DNA of 40,589 nucleotides from Eubacteriales bacterium (GTDB taxonomy: Bacteria > Bacillota > Clostridia > Oscillospirales > CAG-272), in the NCBI GenBank assembly GCA_045533845.1, contig JAZSIN010000028.1:1-40589 (forward strand). The letters run 5' to 3'. This document shows positions 23,565-33,600 of the stretch, piece after piece (the first letter of the stretch is position 1; every line of letters starts with the position of its first letter). The translations under genes were made by a program, and so were the position numbers. Below the pieces are notes generated by a model, which worked only from the letters and a program-made list of their open reading frames with translations, ran no database searches and was not told the origin of the DNA.

Positions 23565-24776
23565 TTATTCCTTGGTGCTGCCCGCTTCACCCTCGGGGGT
23601 CTCCTCGGGCGCTTCACCGCTCTCCTCACGAATCTTGCGAAGCTCCTCCTCGATCTCATTCTCGGGGATCACCGCGACGAACGCCTTGATCGCGCATTCG
23701 ATCATTCCGTCATCGGGCTCACGCACCGTGATGCGCTGAAGCCACATACCGGGCGCGGAAATGATACGGGTAAACACGTTTTCGTGTCTTCCCGCGAATT
23801 TCAGGACCTCGTAGCCGAGACCCATAATAAAGGGGACGAGGATCAATCTCACGACCGTGCGAAGCCAGCCGGCAAGCGGTGCTCCCGAAACGAGGATTGC
23901 GATGGGATCGATGAAAAAGCACACGAAAATGCTAACGAGCACCATCAGAATGAGGAAGGAGGTGCCGCATCGCGGATGGAAGCGGCGTTCGTTCCGTACG
24001 TTTTCGACCGTAAGTGCTTTTCCGTGCTCGTAGCAGAAGATCGTCTTATGCTCGGCACCGTGATATTCAAAGGTCCGCCTGATGTCCTTCATCAGAGATA
24101 CGAGTGCCATATAGCCAACCAGCAGGATCACCTTAAAGAGTCCCTCGAAGACCGACTTCAGAAGGGATGCAAGCGCGGGAACATCGGGGAACAGAAGGAC
24201 GGGAAACGCCTTCGTCAGAAGTCCGAACAGGGTGGTCGGAAGCCAGATGAACAGGACGACCATCAGAAGAACGGCAAGCACGATCGAGACGACCATAATG
24301 CCGACGGTAAAGGCAGACGTACCCTTCTTTTCGTCCGTAGCATTCCCCTTTTCTTCAGTCGCTGCGGCTTCCTTTTCCGCGTTCTCCGCTAAGATCTCGT
24401 CGACGCTCCGCCCGCTGCGCTTTGCTTCTTTCTCTGCCGCTTTCTTTGCCTTTTTCGCCGCCTTTTCGGCTTCGAGCTCACGTTCTGCCTCCTCAAGCCC
24501 CGAAAGCTCTGCCGAGCGCATCAGGCCCTTGTAACCCGTTACCATCGAATCAACGAAGGCGACGACGCCGCGCACGATCGGGATCTTCTTGACGGCGGTG
24601 GTGGCCGACGCCTTGTTCTCCCATTCCTCGAATACGACCTCGCCGTTCGGATCGCGTACTGCCATCGCGGTCTTCTTCGGGCCGCGCATCATAATTCCTT
24701 CGATCAGAGCTTGCCCGCCGATCGAGGTCTTCCGCTTCAGCGCGCACTCTGCTTCTTTATTCTTGTCTTTTTTCAT
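23565..24776 (-). CDS. DUF1385 (YqhQ-like) membrane protein with a Lys/Glu/Ala-rich insertion
   Basis: 403 aa. The N-terminal IGGQALIEGIMMRGP and later YHGAEHK and HPRCGTSF are hallmarks of DUF1385. Residues ~95-160 are a low-complexity charged insertion. Confidence 0.8.
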   Translation of the reverse strand: MKKDKNKEAECALKRKTSIGGQALIEGIMMRGPKKTAMAVRDPNGEVVFEEWENKASATTAVKKIPIVRGVVAFVDSMVTGYKGLMRSAELSGLEEAERELEAEKAAKKAKKAAEKEAKRSGRSVDEILAENAEKEAAATEEKGNATDEKKGTSAFTVGIMVVSIVLAVLLMVVLFIWLPTTLFGLLTKAFPVLLFPDVPALASLLKSVFEGLFKVILLVGYMALVSLMKDIRRTFEYHGAEHKTIFCYEHGKALTVENVRNERRFHPRCGTSFLILMVLVSIFVCFFIDPIAILVSGAPLAGWLRTVVRLILVPFIMGLGYEVLKFAGRHENVFTRIISAPGMWLQRITVREPDDGMIECAIKAFVAVIPENEIEEELRKIREESGEAPEETPEGEAGSTKE

Positions 24777-24923
24777 AGCCTTAACGCCTCTCCTTCCGCC
24801 GCGCCTCCGCGCGGCAGCCCATATAGAGTTATTATATAAAAAATATATGAACGCTATATGAATTCTCGCGCGTTATTTCAAAAAATTCGCCGCACAAAAC
24901 CATTTTTGCGCACGTCTTTCGCC

Positions 24924-24952
24924 TTGACAGCGCCTGCGATTTATGCTATACT
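24924..24952 (+). promoter_or_regulatory. sigma-A promoter for the 770-aa membrane protein gene
   Basis: TTGACA (24924-24929), a 17-nt spacer, then TGc-TATACT (-10 at 24947-24952). The 5' UTR then carries the hairpin TGCTTCCGT...ACGGAAGCA. Confidence 0.5.
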
Positions 24953-25018
24953 GTCCTTGTATCCCTGCTTCCGTTTCGGATCTCTTGACGGAAGCAAAAA
25001 AGGAAGGAGACGCCGCAC

Positions 25019-27331
25019 TTGAATTTCCCGATCCTGAAGTATAATCGAACCCGTGCCCGACTGATTGCGGTCACGGTCATTTGTCTCGTCGCGGCTCTTG
25101 CCTTCGAGCTTCTTTTTGCGAATTTTAATCTCTTTTTCCGTTTTGATAAGACGAACGAGGAGCGCGCGCTCCTCCCCTATCACAGCGGCGCGTTTGCGAA
25201 AGAGGACGGGCGTTTCGTTTTACCTCCGTCGAACTCGGGCACGGGCGTCCTCTATTTTGAGAACGTTCCGGGCGGGATCTCGTCGATCACCTTTGACATC
25301 CGCTACACCGACAAGTCCGTGAAGGACATCCTTCCCGCGCCGAGCGTCACCGTCACGGCGACCGATCCGCGCACGACCTGGTCGGGCGGCGGCTTTATCA
25401 CCGTTATAACCGAAACCTTCGCAGTAGGAGAAAACGGACGCTACGAATCGGTAGCCCTGTATCCGTCGATCGTAAACGACGCGAGCGGGGATCTGCGTCT
25501 GTCCTTCTCGAACCTCAAGGGCATCGTCGAGCTGCAAAACGTAAGGATCAACGTTCCACCCGCATTCTCGTTCTCCCTTCTCCGCTTTGCGGTGGTTTTT
25601 CTCCTTCTTCTAACCCCTGCCTTCCTTTCGATCAGAGGGCTCTTCTTCGGCGTCTACGATCCGTCGAGCAGGGCGCACCGCTACGGCGTAAAAACCGCCG
25701 TACTCTTCACACTTCTCCTTTCTCTTTTCTTCGTATCGGCATTTCTGAATAAAAACGAGGCGATCCCCTACCCGCTTGAGGGTGCGGTGCGCTACTATCA
25801 GCCCTACGTTCAGCAGTTTGATGCGCTGATGAAGGGACAGCTTCACCTTGACGTGCCCGTCTCCGACGAGCTTCTCGCGCTTGAAAACCCCTACGATTAT
25901 CTTTCCCGCGTTGATGCCGATCCCCTCTGGGACCGCGCCTTTTTCGAAGGAAAATATTACTCGTATTTCGGAGTCACGCCCCTTCTCGTCGTCTACTTCC
26001 CCTATTATCTCCTGACGGGTGCGCTCCCGTCCGACGCCTTCGTCCTTTCGTTCTTTCTCTTCATCACGGCGGTCTTTATCCCGCTCTGCGTCTTGAAGTG
26101 GGTCGACCTGCACGAAAAGCGCCGTCTCCCACTCTCGGTCGTATACCTCGGTGCAATCACCGCCTTCGTCGGCTCAATGATGCTTCTGATCGCGCGCAGT
26201 GTGACGCCCTTCTATTATATTGCAACGCTTTCCGCAAACGCCTTCCTCTCGATCTTCCTTTACCTCATTCTGAAGGCGGTCGAATGCAAGCGGCTTCGTG
26301 ACCGCGCCATTCTGTACGCGCTTGCGGGTCTTGCCTATGCGCTCGTGCTCCATTCCCGTCTGAACGTCGCGCTTCTCGGTGCGTTTATCGTGATCCCCTA
26401 CCTCATCTTCCGCGTGCTGAAGCGGAGAGAGTCCGAGGACGCGGCAGAAGCGTCAGAGGACACGGTAGAAACGTCAGAGGGCACGGTAGAAACGTCAGAG
26501 GGCACGGCAGAAATCGAGGGCACGCGCCCCGGGCGGCGAGAAGCCGTCCCCTCGCGTCTTTTGAGATCTCTGTCGCGTCTCCGCTCGTTCTTCGCGCCCT
26601 TGCGGGAGCTTCTCATCTCTTCCCTTGCGCTCGGGCTTCCCGTGCTCGTCGGACTGATCGCACTTCTCTCGCTAAATCACCTGCGCTTCGGTTCGATCCT
26701 TGAGTTCGGAACCTCCTATCAACTGACTGTCAGCGACGTCCGCTACAATGTGGTCACCCTCAGCGATCTCTTCCCCGCAGTCTACCATTATTTCTTCCAG
26801 GATCTTGAAACGTCGGCATTCTTCCCCTTCTTCTCGATCGGGCGGGAGTCCTTGTCGGATTACGGTCGGTACGTCTATACCGACTCGAGCTTCGGACTCT
26901 TCTCACTCCCCCTCTTCTGTTCCCTTTTTGCCTCCCCCGCGCTCCTGTTCCTGAAGGACCGGACACGCTACGAAAAGCTATTGCTCATCTTTCTGATCCT
27001 TGGACTGTTCACGGTCGCCCTCTTCAACTTCTCGCTCGGCGGAGTCATCTTCCGCTACGTTGCCGATCTTACGCTTCTCGCGTCTCTCGGCTCGGTCTTC
27101 CTGTGCTTCGCGCTTCTCTCGGACGCACCGCCCGCCAAAGGGGACGGCATTGACGGGGGACTTTCTGCTGTAGACAGAACGAAAAAACGTGCTCTTACCG
27201 TAGCCGTTCTCCTTTTCTTCGTGGCTTCCTGTACGGTCGCGCTCCTGCTGTCGATCTCTTATAACGGAAATCTCACGAAATACGCGTCGGGAGTCTTTAT
27301 CTCGGTCAAGCGCTTCTTCTCTCACGGATAA
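25019..27331 (+). CDS. large polytopic membrane protein (possible GT-C/ArnT-like glycosyltransferase), TTG start
   Basis: 770 aa. The TTG start is preceded by GGAAGGAG at an 8-nt spacing. There are at least 12 hydrophobic segments, an extracytoplasmic segment after TM1, and the loop motif NPYDY...WDRAFFEGKYYSYFGVTP. The functional call is tentative. Confidence 0.55.
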   Translation: MNFPILKYNRTRARLIAVTVICLVAALAFELLFANFNLFFRFDKTNEERALLPYHSGAFAKEDGRFVLPPSNSGTGVLYFENVPGGISSITFDIRYTDKSVKDILPAPSVTVTATDPRTTWSGGGFITVITETFAVGENGRYESVALYPSIVNDASGDLRLSFSNLKGIVELQNVRINVPPAFSFSLLRFAVVFLLLLTPAFLSIRGLFFGVYDPSSRAHRYGVKTAVLFTLLLSLFFVSAFLNKNEAIPYPLEGAVRYYQPYVQQFDALMKGQLHLDVPVSDELLALENPYDYLSRVDADPLWDRAFFEGKYYSYFGVTPLLVVYFPYYLLTGALPSDAFVLSFFLFITAVFIPLCVLKWVDLHEKRRLPLSVVYLGAITAFVGSMMLLIARSVTPFYYIATLSANAFLSIFLYLILKAVECKRLRDRAILYALAGLAYALVLHSRLNVALLGAFIVIPYLIFRVLKRRESEDAAEASEDTVETSEGTVETSEGTAEIEGTRPGRREAVPSRLLRSLSRLRSFFAPLRELLISSLALGLPVLVGLIALLSLNHLRFGSILEFGTSYQLTVSDVRYNVVTLSDLFPAVYHYFFQDLETSAFFPFFSIGRESLSDYGRYVYTDSSFGLFSLPLFCSLFASPALLFLKDRTRYEKLLLIFLILGLFTVALFNFSLGGVIFRYVADLTLLASLGSVFLCFALLSDAPPAKGDGIDGGLSAVDRTKKRALTVAVLLFFVASCTVALLLSISYNGNLTKYASGVFISVKRFFSHG
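26444..26524 (+). repeat. in-frame 21-bp tandem repeat (about 3.9 units, encoding AEASEDT/VETSEGT/VETSEGT/AEIEGT)
   Basis: gcagaagcgtcagaggacacg / gtagaaacgtcagagggcacg / gtagaaacgtcagagggcacg / gcagaaatcgagggcacg. Units 2 and 3 are identical. Confidence 0.85.
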
Positions 27332-27371
27332 GAGACTTCATCCGCACAAATCCCACACGGAGGGGCTATTT

Positions 27372-27710
27372 ATGGAACTCGAAAGCAAACGCTTTACTAT
27401 GCTCGACGAATCCTTCGTCTGCCATCACTGCGGCAAAACGGTCGAGCCGCTCGGATATTCCGCGCGGAATCACTGTCCCTTTTGCCTTTGGTCTCTGCAT
27501 CTCGACGTCAACCCCGGCGATCGCGCCGCTGATTGCGGCGGGGATCTCGAGCCGATCCGCGTTGAGATCGACTCGAAAAAGGGCTATATGATCGTACACA
27601 AATGCAAAAAGTGCGGTGCGATCCGAAGAAACCGCACGGCACACGAGGCAAAAAATCAGCCTGACGATCTCCGTTTGATCATCAAGCTGACCGCTGCTGA
27701 AATAAGATAA
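27372..27710 (+). CDS. RNHCP domain-containing protein
   Basis: 112 aa containing the eponymous ARNHCPFCLWSLH motif and additional CxxC pairs (CHHCG, CKKCG). Confidence 0.85.
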   Translation: MELESKRFTMLDESFVCHHCGKTVEPLGYSARNHCPFCLWSLHLDVNPGDRAADCGGDLEPIRVEIDSKKGYMIVHKCKKCGAIRRNRTAHEAKNQPDDLRLIIKLTAAEIR

Positions 27711-27740
27711 ACGCATCAATATTCATTCGGGAGGTTCACT

Positions 27741-28463
27741 ATGGATACTATTCGTCTTCAAAAAAAGGGAAAAACACTCCTCGTCGCGCATCGCGGCTGC
27801 AGCGGACTCGAAAAGGAAAACACAATGGCTTCATTCATCGCGGCAGGAAATCGCTCCTACTACGGCATCGAGACCGACATTCACAGAACGAGGGACGGTA
27901 AATATATCGTCATTCACGACAGCTCGACTGCACGCGTGGCAGGAAAGGATCTCACGGTCGAGGAGACCGACTACGACGTACTCCGTTCGCTTCCCCTCTG
28001 CGACATCGCGGGAAATTTCGGCCGCATCGATCTCCGTATGCCCGATCTCTCCGAATATATCTCGGTCTGCAAGCATTACGGGAAATACGCGGTGCTTGAA
28101 CTCAAGAACGCCTTTGCGGAGGAGGATATCTACGAGATCTGCGCAATCATCGACGGGCTTGGCTATCTCGACAGAACGATCTTTATCTCCTTCTGCTTTG
28201 AAAATCTCGTTTTTCTCCGCAAAAAATATCCGACGCAGGCGGCACAGTTCCTCACGAAGAAATTCACGGACGATCTCCTCGACCGCCTCAAGGCGTATGG
28301 CCTCGACCTCGATATCCACTATAAGGCTCTTGACAGCGAAAGGATCGCGCTTTGCCACGAGAACGGCATTCTCGTCAACTGCTGGACGGTCAACGACATA
28401 GAAACAGCAGACAGGCTGATCTTGTACGGCATCGATTTTATCACGACGAACATTCTTGAGTGA
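27741..28463 (+). CDS. glycerophosphodiester phosphodiesterase family protein
   Basis: 240 aa. VAHRGCSGLEKENTMASF...GIETDIHRTRDGKYIVIHD is the GDPD catalytic signature (HRG...EN...E.D...HD). Confidence 0.88.
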   Translation: MDTIRLQKKGKTLLVAHRGCSGLEKENTMASFIAAGNRSYYGIETDIHRTRDGKYIVIHDSSTARVAGKDLTVEETDYDVLRSLPLCDIAGNFGRIDLRMPDLSEYISVCKHYGKYAVLELKNAFAEEDIYEICAIIDGLGYLDRTIFISFCFENLVFLRKKYPTQAAQFLTKKFTDDLLDRLKAYGLDLDIHYKALDSERIALCHENGILVNCWTVNDIETADRLILYGIDFITTNILE

Positions 28464-28494
28464 ATCCCCCCCCTATTCGTCCACATAACAGAAA

Positions 28495-28530
28495 ACACGC
28501 CACCGAACATCGGTGGGGCGTTTCTTTTTC
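28495..28530. terminator. bidirectional terminator between the GDPD gene and the 12-kb operon
   Basis: ACGCCACCG-loop-CGGTGGGGCGT, flanked by GAAAAC on the 5' side and TTCTTTTT on the 3' side. Confidence 0.7.
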
Positions 28531-28548
28531 GCATTCTGACCGCGGGGA

Positions 28549-29664
28549 TCAGTTTGCAAGGCCGGAGCTTTCGATACCCTGTACGAGGAACTTCTGTCCC
28601 GCGCAGTAGAGGATCAGGAGCGGTGCAAGCACCATAAGTCCTGCCGTATTGTTGATGACCGTCTTCAGGTCGGGGTTCTCCGAAACGTCAAGAGACATCG
28701 TGATCGGGACCTGAATGACGTCGTCCATAAACAGACTCTTATTCGTCGGGTTGAAGGACTGCGTGTAGAAGTTATCCGTCCACTGCCAGCAGAATGCAAA
28801 GATGAAGACCGTGATCATCATCGGGATCGACAGAGGAAGAATGATCTGTAAGAAGGTACGGAAGGTACCCGAGCCGTCCATGTACGCCGACTCCTCGAGC
28901 TCATCCGGAACACCGTGGTAGAACTGACGAAGCATAAAGATATACAGGCCGTTCTTGAACGCGAGGCCGGTGAGGGAGAGGAGATAGATCGGAATATCGG
29001 TTCCGAGGAGGTTGATGCCGTTCTTCGTAAACATCTGGAAGGCCTCGGAGTCGGGGAAGATATCGATCATCTCGAAGAAGCTGTTGTTGATCGTCGTGAT
29101 GCCGAACAGGTTGATGCCGCCTCCGTTCAGGAACTGGAAGATCCCCAGCACGTCGAAGGAGGAGAAGTTGATGTACATCGAGCTGTACAGCGTCTGGTGC
29201 GGCACGATCATCGTGAAGATAACAGCCATAAAGACGAGCTTATTACCCTTGAACTTGAACTTCGCAAGTCCGTATCCGATCAGACAGCAGATGAAGACCT
29301 GGATCAGCGCCGTGCTTGCTGAAAGGATAAAGGTATTGACGAAGGCCTCAAGGTAGCCGTTCTGCATCCAGACTTCCTTATAGATCCTGACGTTCCAATG
29401 CTTCGGGATCAGCATAACCGTGGGGTCTGCCAGGTCGTCGAGGCTCATGAAGGATCTCATCAGCATCGTAAGGAAGGGGGAAAGGATTACGTACGTAATA
29501 CCGATCAGAAGGACGAGACGGAAGATAAACCATACGACCTTCTTCAGGAAGAAAAGGCTGAGGAATTTCGACATCAGACGCTCTTTCAGAGGCGTTCTGT
29601 CGAATTCAATACGAATCTTATTTTTCGTTTCCTTTTTTACCTTAGGCATGGATTCTTGATTCAT
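28549..29664 (-). CDS. carbohydrate ABC transporter permease (enlarged, 371 aa; last gene of the operon)
   Basis: The EAA loop reads EESAYMDGSGTFRTFLQIILPLSIP. There are six or more TM segments, a basic ~35-aa N-terminal extension, and an enlarged extracytoplasmic loop. RBS GGAAAGGAGG. Confidence 0.88.
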   Translation of the reverse strand: MNQESMPKVKKETKNKIRIEFDRTPLKERLMSKFLSLFFLKKVVWFIFRLVLLIGITYVILSPFLTMLMRSFMSLDDLADPTVMLIPKHWNVRIYKEVWMQNGYLEAFVNTFILSASTALIQVFICCLIGYGLAKFKFKGNKLVFMAVIFTMIVPHQTLYSSMYINFSSFDVLGIFQFLNGGGINLFGITTINNSFFEMIDIFPDSEAFQMFTKNGINLLGTDIPIYLLSLTGLAFKNGLYIFMLRQFYHGVPDELEESAYMDGSGTFRTFLQIILPLSIPMMITVFIFAFCWQWTDNFYTQSFNPTNKSLFMDDVIQVPITMSLDVSENPDLKTVINNTAGLMVLAPLLILYCAGQKFLVQGIESSGLAN

Positions 29665-29682
29665 ATTCTTTTCCTCCTTTCC

Positions 29683-30648
29683 TTAAGCATCCTTCTTCTG
29701 ATAGAAGACGAAGCCGCTAAGCAGAAGTGCTACGATTCCGATGATACCGATAACGATCGATACGTAGATCCAGCCCATTGCTGCGGATACACCGTCGGTC
29801 GGAAGCGCACTGTAATTCAGCACGTAATCCATGACGACGTTGTTGACTGTAAAGCTATCGATGACGGTATAGACCGCGTTAACGAGGATCATCGGCGAGA
29901 TCATAGGCAGGGTGATCTTCCAGAAGGTCTCCCAAGAGGTCGCACCGTCGATCTGACACGATTCGTAGATCGCGGGAGAGATCGACTGCAGACCGGTAAG
30001 GAAGATCAGGAACTGAACACCCGAGCGGCTGATGATCTCCTGAACGCTGTTGATCGCGCTGACGACGATGTCTACGAGCTGTTCGCCGATCTTCATGCTC
30101 GAGAAGAGCATCTGAAGGTCGAATGCGGATACCAGCTCGTTCGTCGCGTTCTCGCCCGAGCCGTCCGAGATACCGTCGGCACCGGGGTCGAAGTTCGGGT
30201 CGAGATTCTCAAGAATACCGACCGAAAGAACGACGGGGATGAAGAAGACTGCGCGGAAGAAGGTTCTTCCGACCATCTTCTGGTTCAGAATGACCGCCAT
30301 AAAGAGCGAGAAGATAACGATCATCGGGATATTCAGCGCAAGCGTCCTAAGACCCGTGATCAGAGTGGGAACGAAGTTTACGTCCTTAAACAGTGCTGCC
30401 TGATAGTTTTCGAATCCAACGAACGTGGATTCAAACACACCGTTTCCGAGAGGCTCGACCACACAGAAGGTGTAGGTGATCGAGTCAACGAGGATCGGCA
30501 GATAGATCAGGATAAAGCCAATGATGAACGGGGCTACGAACCACCATCCCGAGCGCGCCTTCCGGGCGTTCAGGGAAGAAGCCCTTTTCTTCTTCTTCCC
30601 CGCCTTCGGAGCAACAGTGGTATTTTGAAGATTCATTTCACTGGTCAT
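29683..30648 (-). CDS. sugar ABC transporter permease (MalF/LplB-like)
   Basis: 321 aa. The EAA loop reads YESCQIDGATSWETFWKITLPMISP. Its ATG overlaps the stop of the upstream 1572-aa gene by 11 nt. Confidence 0.88.
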   Translation of the reverse strand: MTSEMNLQNTTVAPKAGKKKKRASSLNARKARSGWWFVAPFIIGFILIYLPILVDSITYTFCVVEPLGNGVFESTFVGFENYQAALFKDVNFVPTLITGLRTLALNIPMIVIFSLFMAVILNQKMVGRTFFRAVFFIPVVLSVGILENLDPNFDPGADGISDGSGENATNELVSAFDLQMLFSSMKIGEQLVDIVVSAINSVQEIISRSGVQFLIFLTGLQSISPAIYESCQIDGATSWETFWKITLPMISPMILVNAVYTVIDSFTVNNVVMDYVLNYSALPTDGVSAAMGWIYVSIVIGIIGIVALLLSGFVFYQKKDA

Positions 30649-33600
30649 TGTCTTCTACCTCACTTTCCGCCGCAGGAATCTTCTGATAGCTCTGAGATTC
30701 CACGCGGTAAGAAACTCCGTCGATCTCCACCACGACTGCGTAGTTGCAGTAATTCAAGAGGAATCTGGTTCCGTTCGAATAGGTTACAACAACGATGCTG
30801 TTCTTATCAGCACTATACTTGTTATAAACCTCTTCCTCTTCCTCAAGGACCTCGTCCTCCTCCTTCTCTACGATCTCGTCGTAGCGGTAAAGGAGCTCGG
30901 TGAACTTGGGAGCAACGTCAAGCAGACGCTCATCCTCCTCTGCGAGGCTGTTGACCTCTTCGATCGCCGCGAGGTATCTCTTGACCTCATCAAGCGCGAT
31001 CGCCTTTTCGTATGCAGCCTCTGCAAGGGTGACGACCTTTTCGGCGTCATCGACGACTGCCTCGTAGTTTTCCTTGGTGTACTGAGCGTACGCCTCGGCA
31101 GCTGCGAGAGCGGCCTGACGCTCTATATAACCCTCCTCGCCCTCGGCAATGGGCTGCTTCTGCAGCGTCTCATAGACCGAAGCCGCGGTGTTCATTGCCA
31201 GTTCGAGAACGTTCTTGTGCTTCTGTGCATTCTTCGCGTAAGCGTTGATGCCGGTCGAGGAATCACTCGGAACGATCGCGTAGAGGCTAGAGAGCGTATC
31301 AAAGGTTGCGGAGAGTGCTTCAGCTGCCGCCGCAAGTGCGTTCAGCTGTGCCGCAGAGGGTGTCTCTGCGTTGAAGCAAGCTGCAAATGCCGACGAGAAG
31401 CCTACCGCCTGTTCAGTGAACTCGGGCGTGTTCTCGTAGAACGTAATGATCGTGTTCGTCGACTGAGGCGATGCCTCGAAGAGGTCGCCGAAGTAGCCGA
31501 ACTCGGTGTTGAGAAGAATCGCCGCGTTCATCAGAGGCGTGAGCGCTGCAGAGAGCTCTGCGGAGGTCGCCTTCTTTGCCTTGTAGCGCGTGTAGATCTC
31601 CTGGTAGGTCGTCCAACGCTCCGCGAAGGTGTTGTAACGCCCGTTGAAGCCGACCTGGTTCTTCTTATTTAAGTAGGAGTTGAAGATCTCTGCGTACTTC
31701 GGTTCCTCGGTCACAGCCTGAATACCAAGCGTATTGAGGATCTGATCGAGTGCCGCCTTTGCGGTGAGGTCGTTCTTTTCAAGACCGATCTCGTAGGCAC
31801 GGAGCACATTCTTCGTCTCGAACTTAACGGTAGGCTGTACGGTGAGATAACCGCACGCCGCGTAGAGATAGAACTGATATGCGCTGATCTCACAAACTGC
31901 GTTGCCCTTCGCGTCGGTCAGCGTTGCATTTCCGTTGACGGTGTACTCGTATGCGCCCTGTGCCATTTCATAGACACTCGGTGCGATCGAACCGATGGTT
32001 GCGACTGCCTCAGCCGTATCCTCGATCAGACCCCATGCGAGCTCACGGATATACTCCGAAACGCCGTCGGTGGTTGCGAGGATCTCGTAAGCTGCGATCG
32101 CATTCTCATATGCAGTACGAGCTGCAAGCTCGGAACTGTACGCCTGATGTGCGATGTAGTTGACCGAGCCGTTCTGTGCCTGGTCGAAGAACTTCTGAAG
32201 CTCTGCCGCAGCGGAGTTGAGGGATCGTGCCGCATCACCGAGGATGGAAGACGTGCCCGTAATCTCGTTCGCGCCGCAGTCGCCGCCGTTGTAGACCTTG
32301 ATGTAGTTCTGAACGGCCTTGTTGAAGTTCTGGATCGCCTCTCTAAGCTCGCCGCTCTTATATTCCCCGCCCTCGGTGTAACCGAGCTTCAGGATCATAG
32401 CGGTCTTATAGCCCTCGAGCTTCGAAATCTCTGCCTTTACGGCAGCGCTGTTGATGCGGATCAGCTGACGCGCATTCAGAATGGTCTGAATGTTTTCGAG
32501 TGCCTGAAGGTTCAATGCCTCGCGCTCTGCCTCGATCGACTCAAGGATCGCTGCGTCGAGGTCTCTGATCGCCTCGTCAAGATCGGGCACACGAAGTGCA
32601 TCAATGAATTCGTGGTTTACGATCGTTTCAAGCTGAACGTCCGAGAGGAGCGAATTCAGCTCGTTGTAAGTCGAAACGACGTCGTCGAACCAGATATCGT
32701 AGCGGATCGAATAGTACTGGCTGAGTCTCTGATGGTTCTTCAGCGTGGTCGTATTCTGATACGACAGGAGGAAGTTGATGGACGCGCCATTCTCGATCGC
32801 CTTCAGGAAGGCGTAGTTCAGGTTACCCTCCATATTGATGGGAGTGCCTGCGAACTGCACGTAGCCGTGGAGCACGATTCCCATGAACGGAACCGATGCG
32901 CTCGATCTGATGAAACGGCTCGAGTCGAGCGGAACGTCGAGAATGTAATCGACGTACTTCCAGGTATACGCGTTACCACCGCTCGTCATTACGTAATCGT
33001 AATTCTCGTCGAAGTAACGGAATGCCTTGATGGTATGCGACTTCGAGTCCTCGCGGTTGTACGGATCTTCCTCGTCAAAGTCCGAGTTAAGCTCAGAGCC
33101 CAGCGTTCCGACCGAGATCGAGGTCTTGTAGTCGGTATCCTTGAAGTGCTTCATGTAGTTCGTAGTCAGCTTCGTGTAGAAGTGCTCGTAATATGCCGGA
33201 GAGAGGCAGAGCTCGAAGTAGCTGACAAACGCCTGCTTCGTCGCAGAATATTCACGACGGCTGGTATAACGGTTATCGATACTCTTTACAACGTGCTTAC
33301 GAAGCGAGAGTCCATCGACCATACCCGTTTCGGATACGAAGACGAAATCGAAGTCCGGGAATACCTTATAGCCCTTCTCGTTTGCATCCTTGAGAAGCTC
33401 GTTAAAGCCCTTCTTGCCGCCGACTGCCTTTTCCCAATCGAGCTTATACGGAACGGTCGACGACATACCGCCGTTCGAGTAGCCGGTCAGCTTGAAGTTT
33501 ACATTCGTAATGCCGATGTTTGCAAGATCCGCGTACATCTTCGAAACGTCGTCAAACGAGGTGAGTGCGACGGTTACGTCAACGGGGATCGACATGATCT

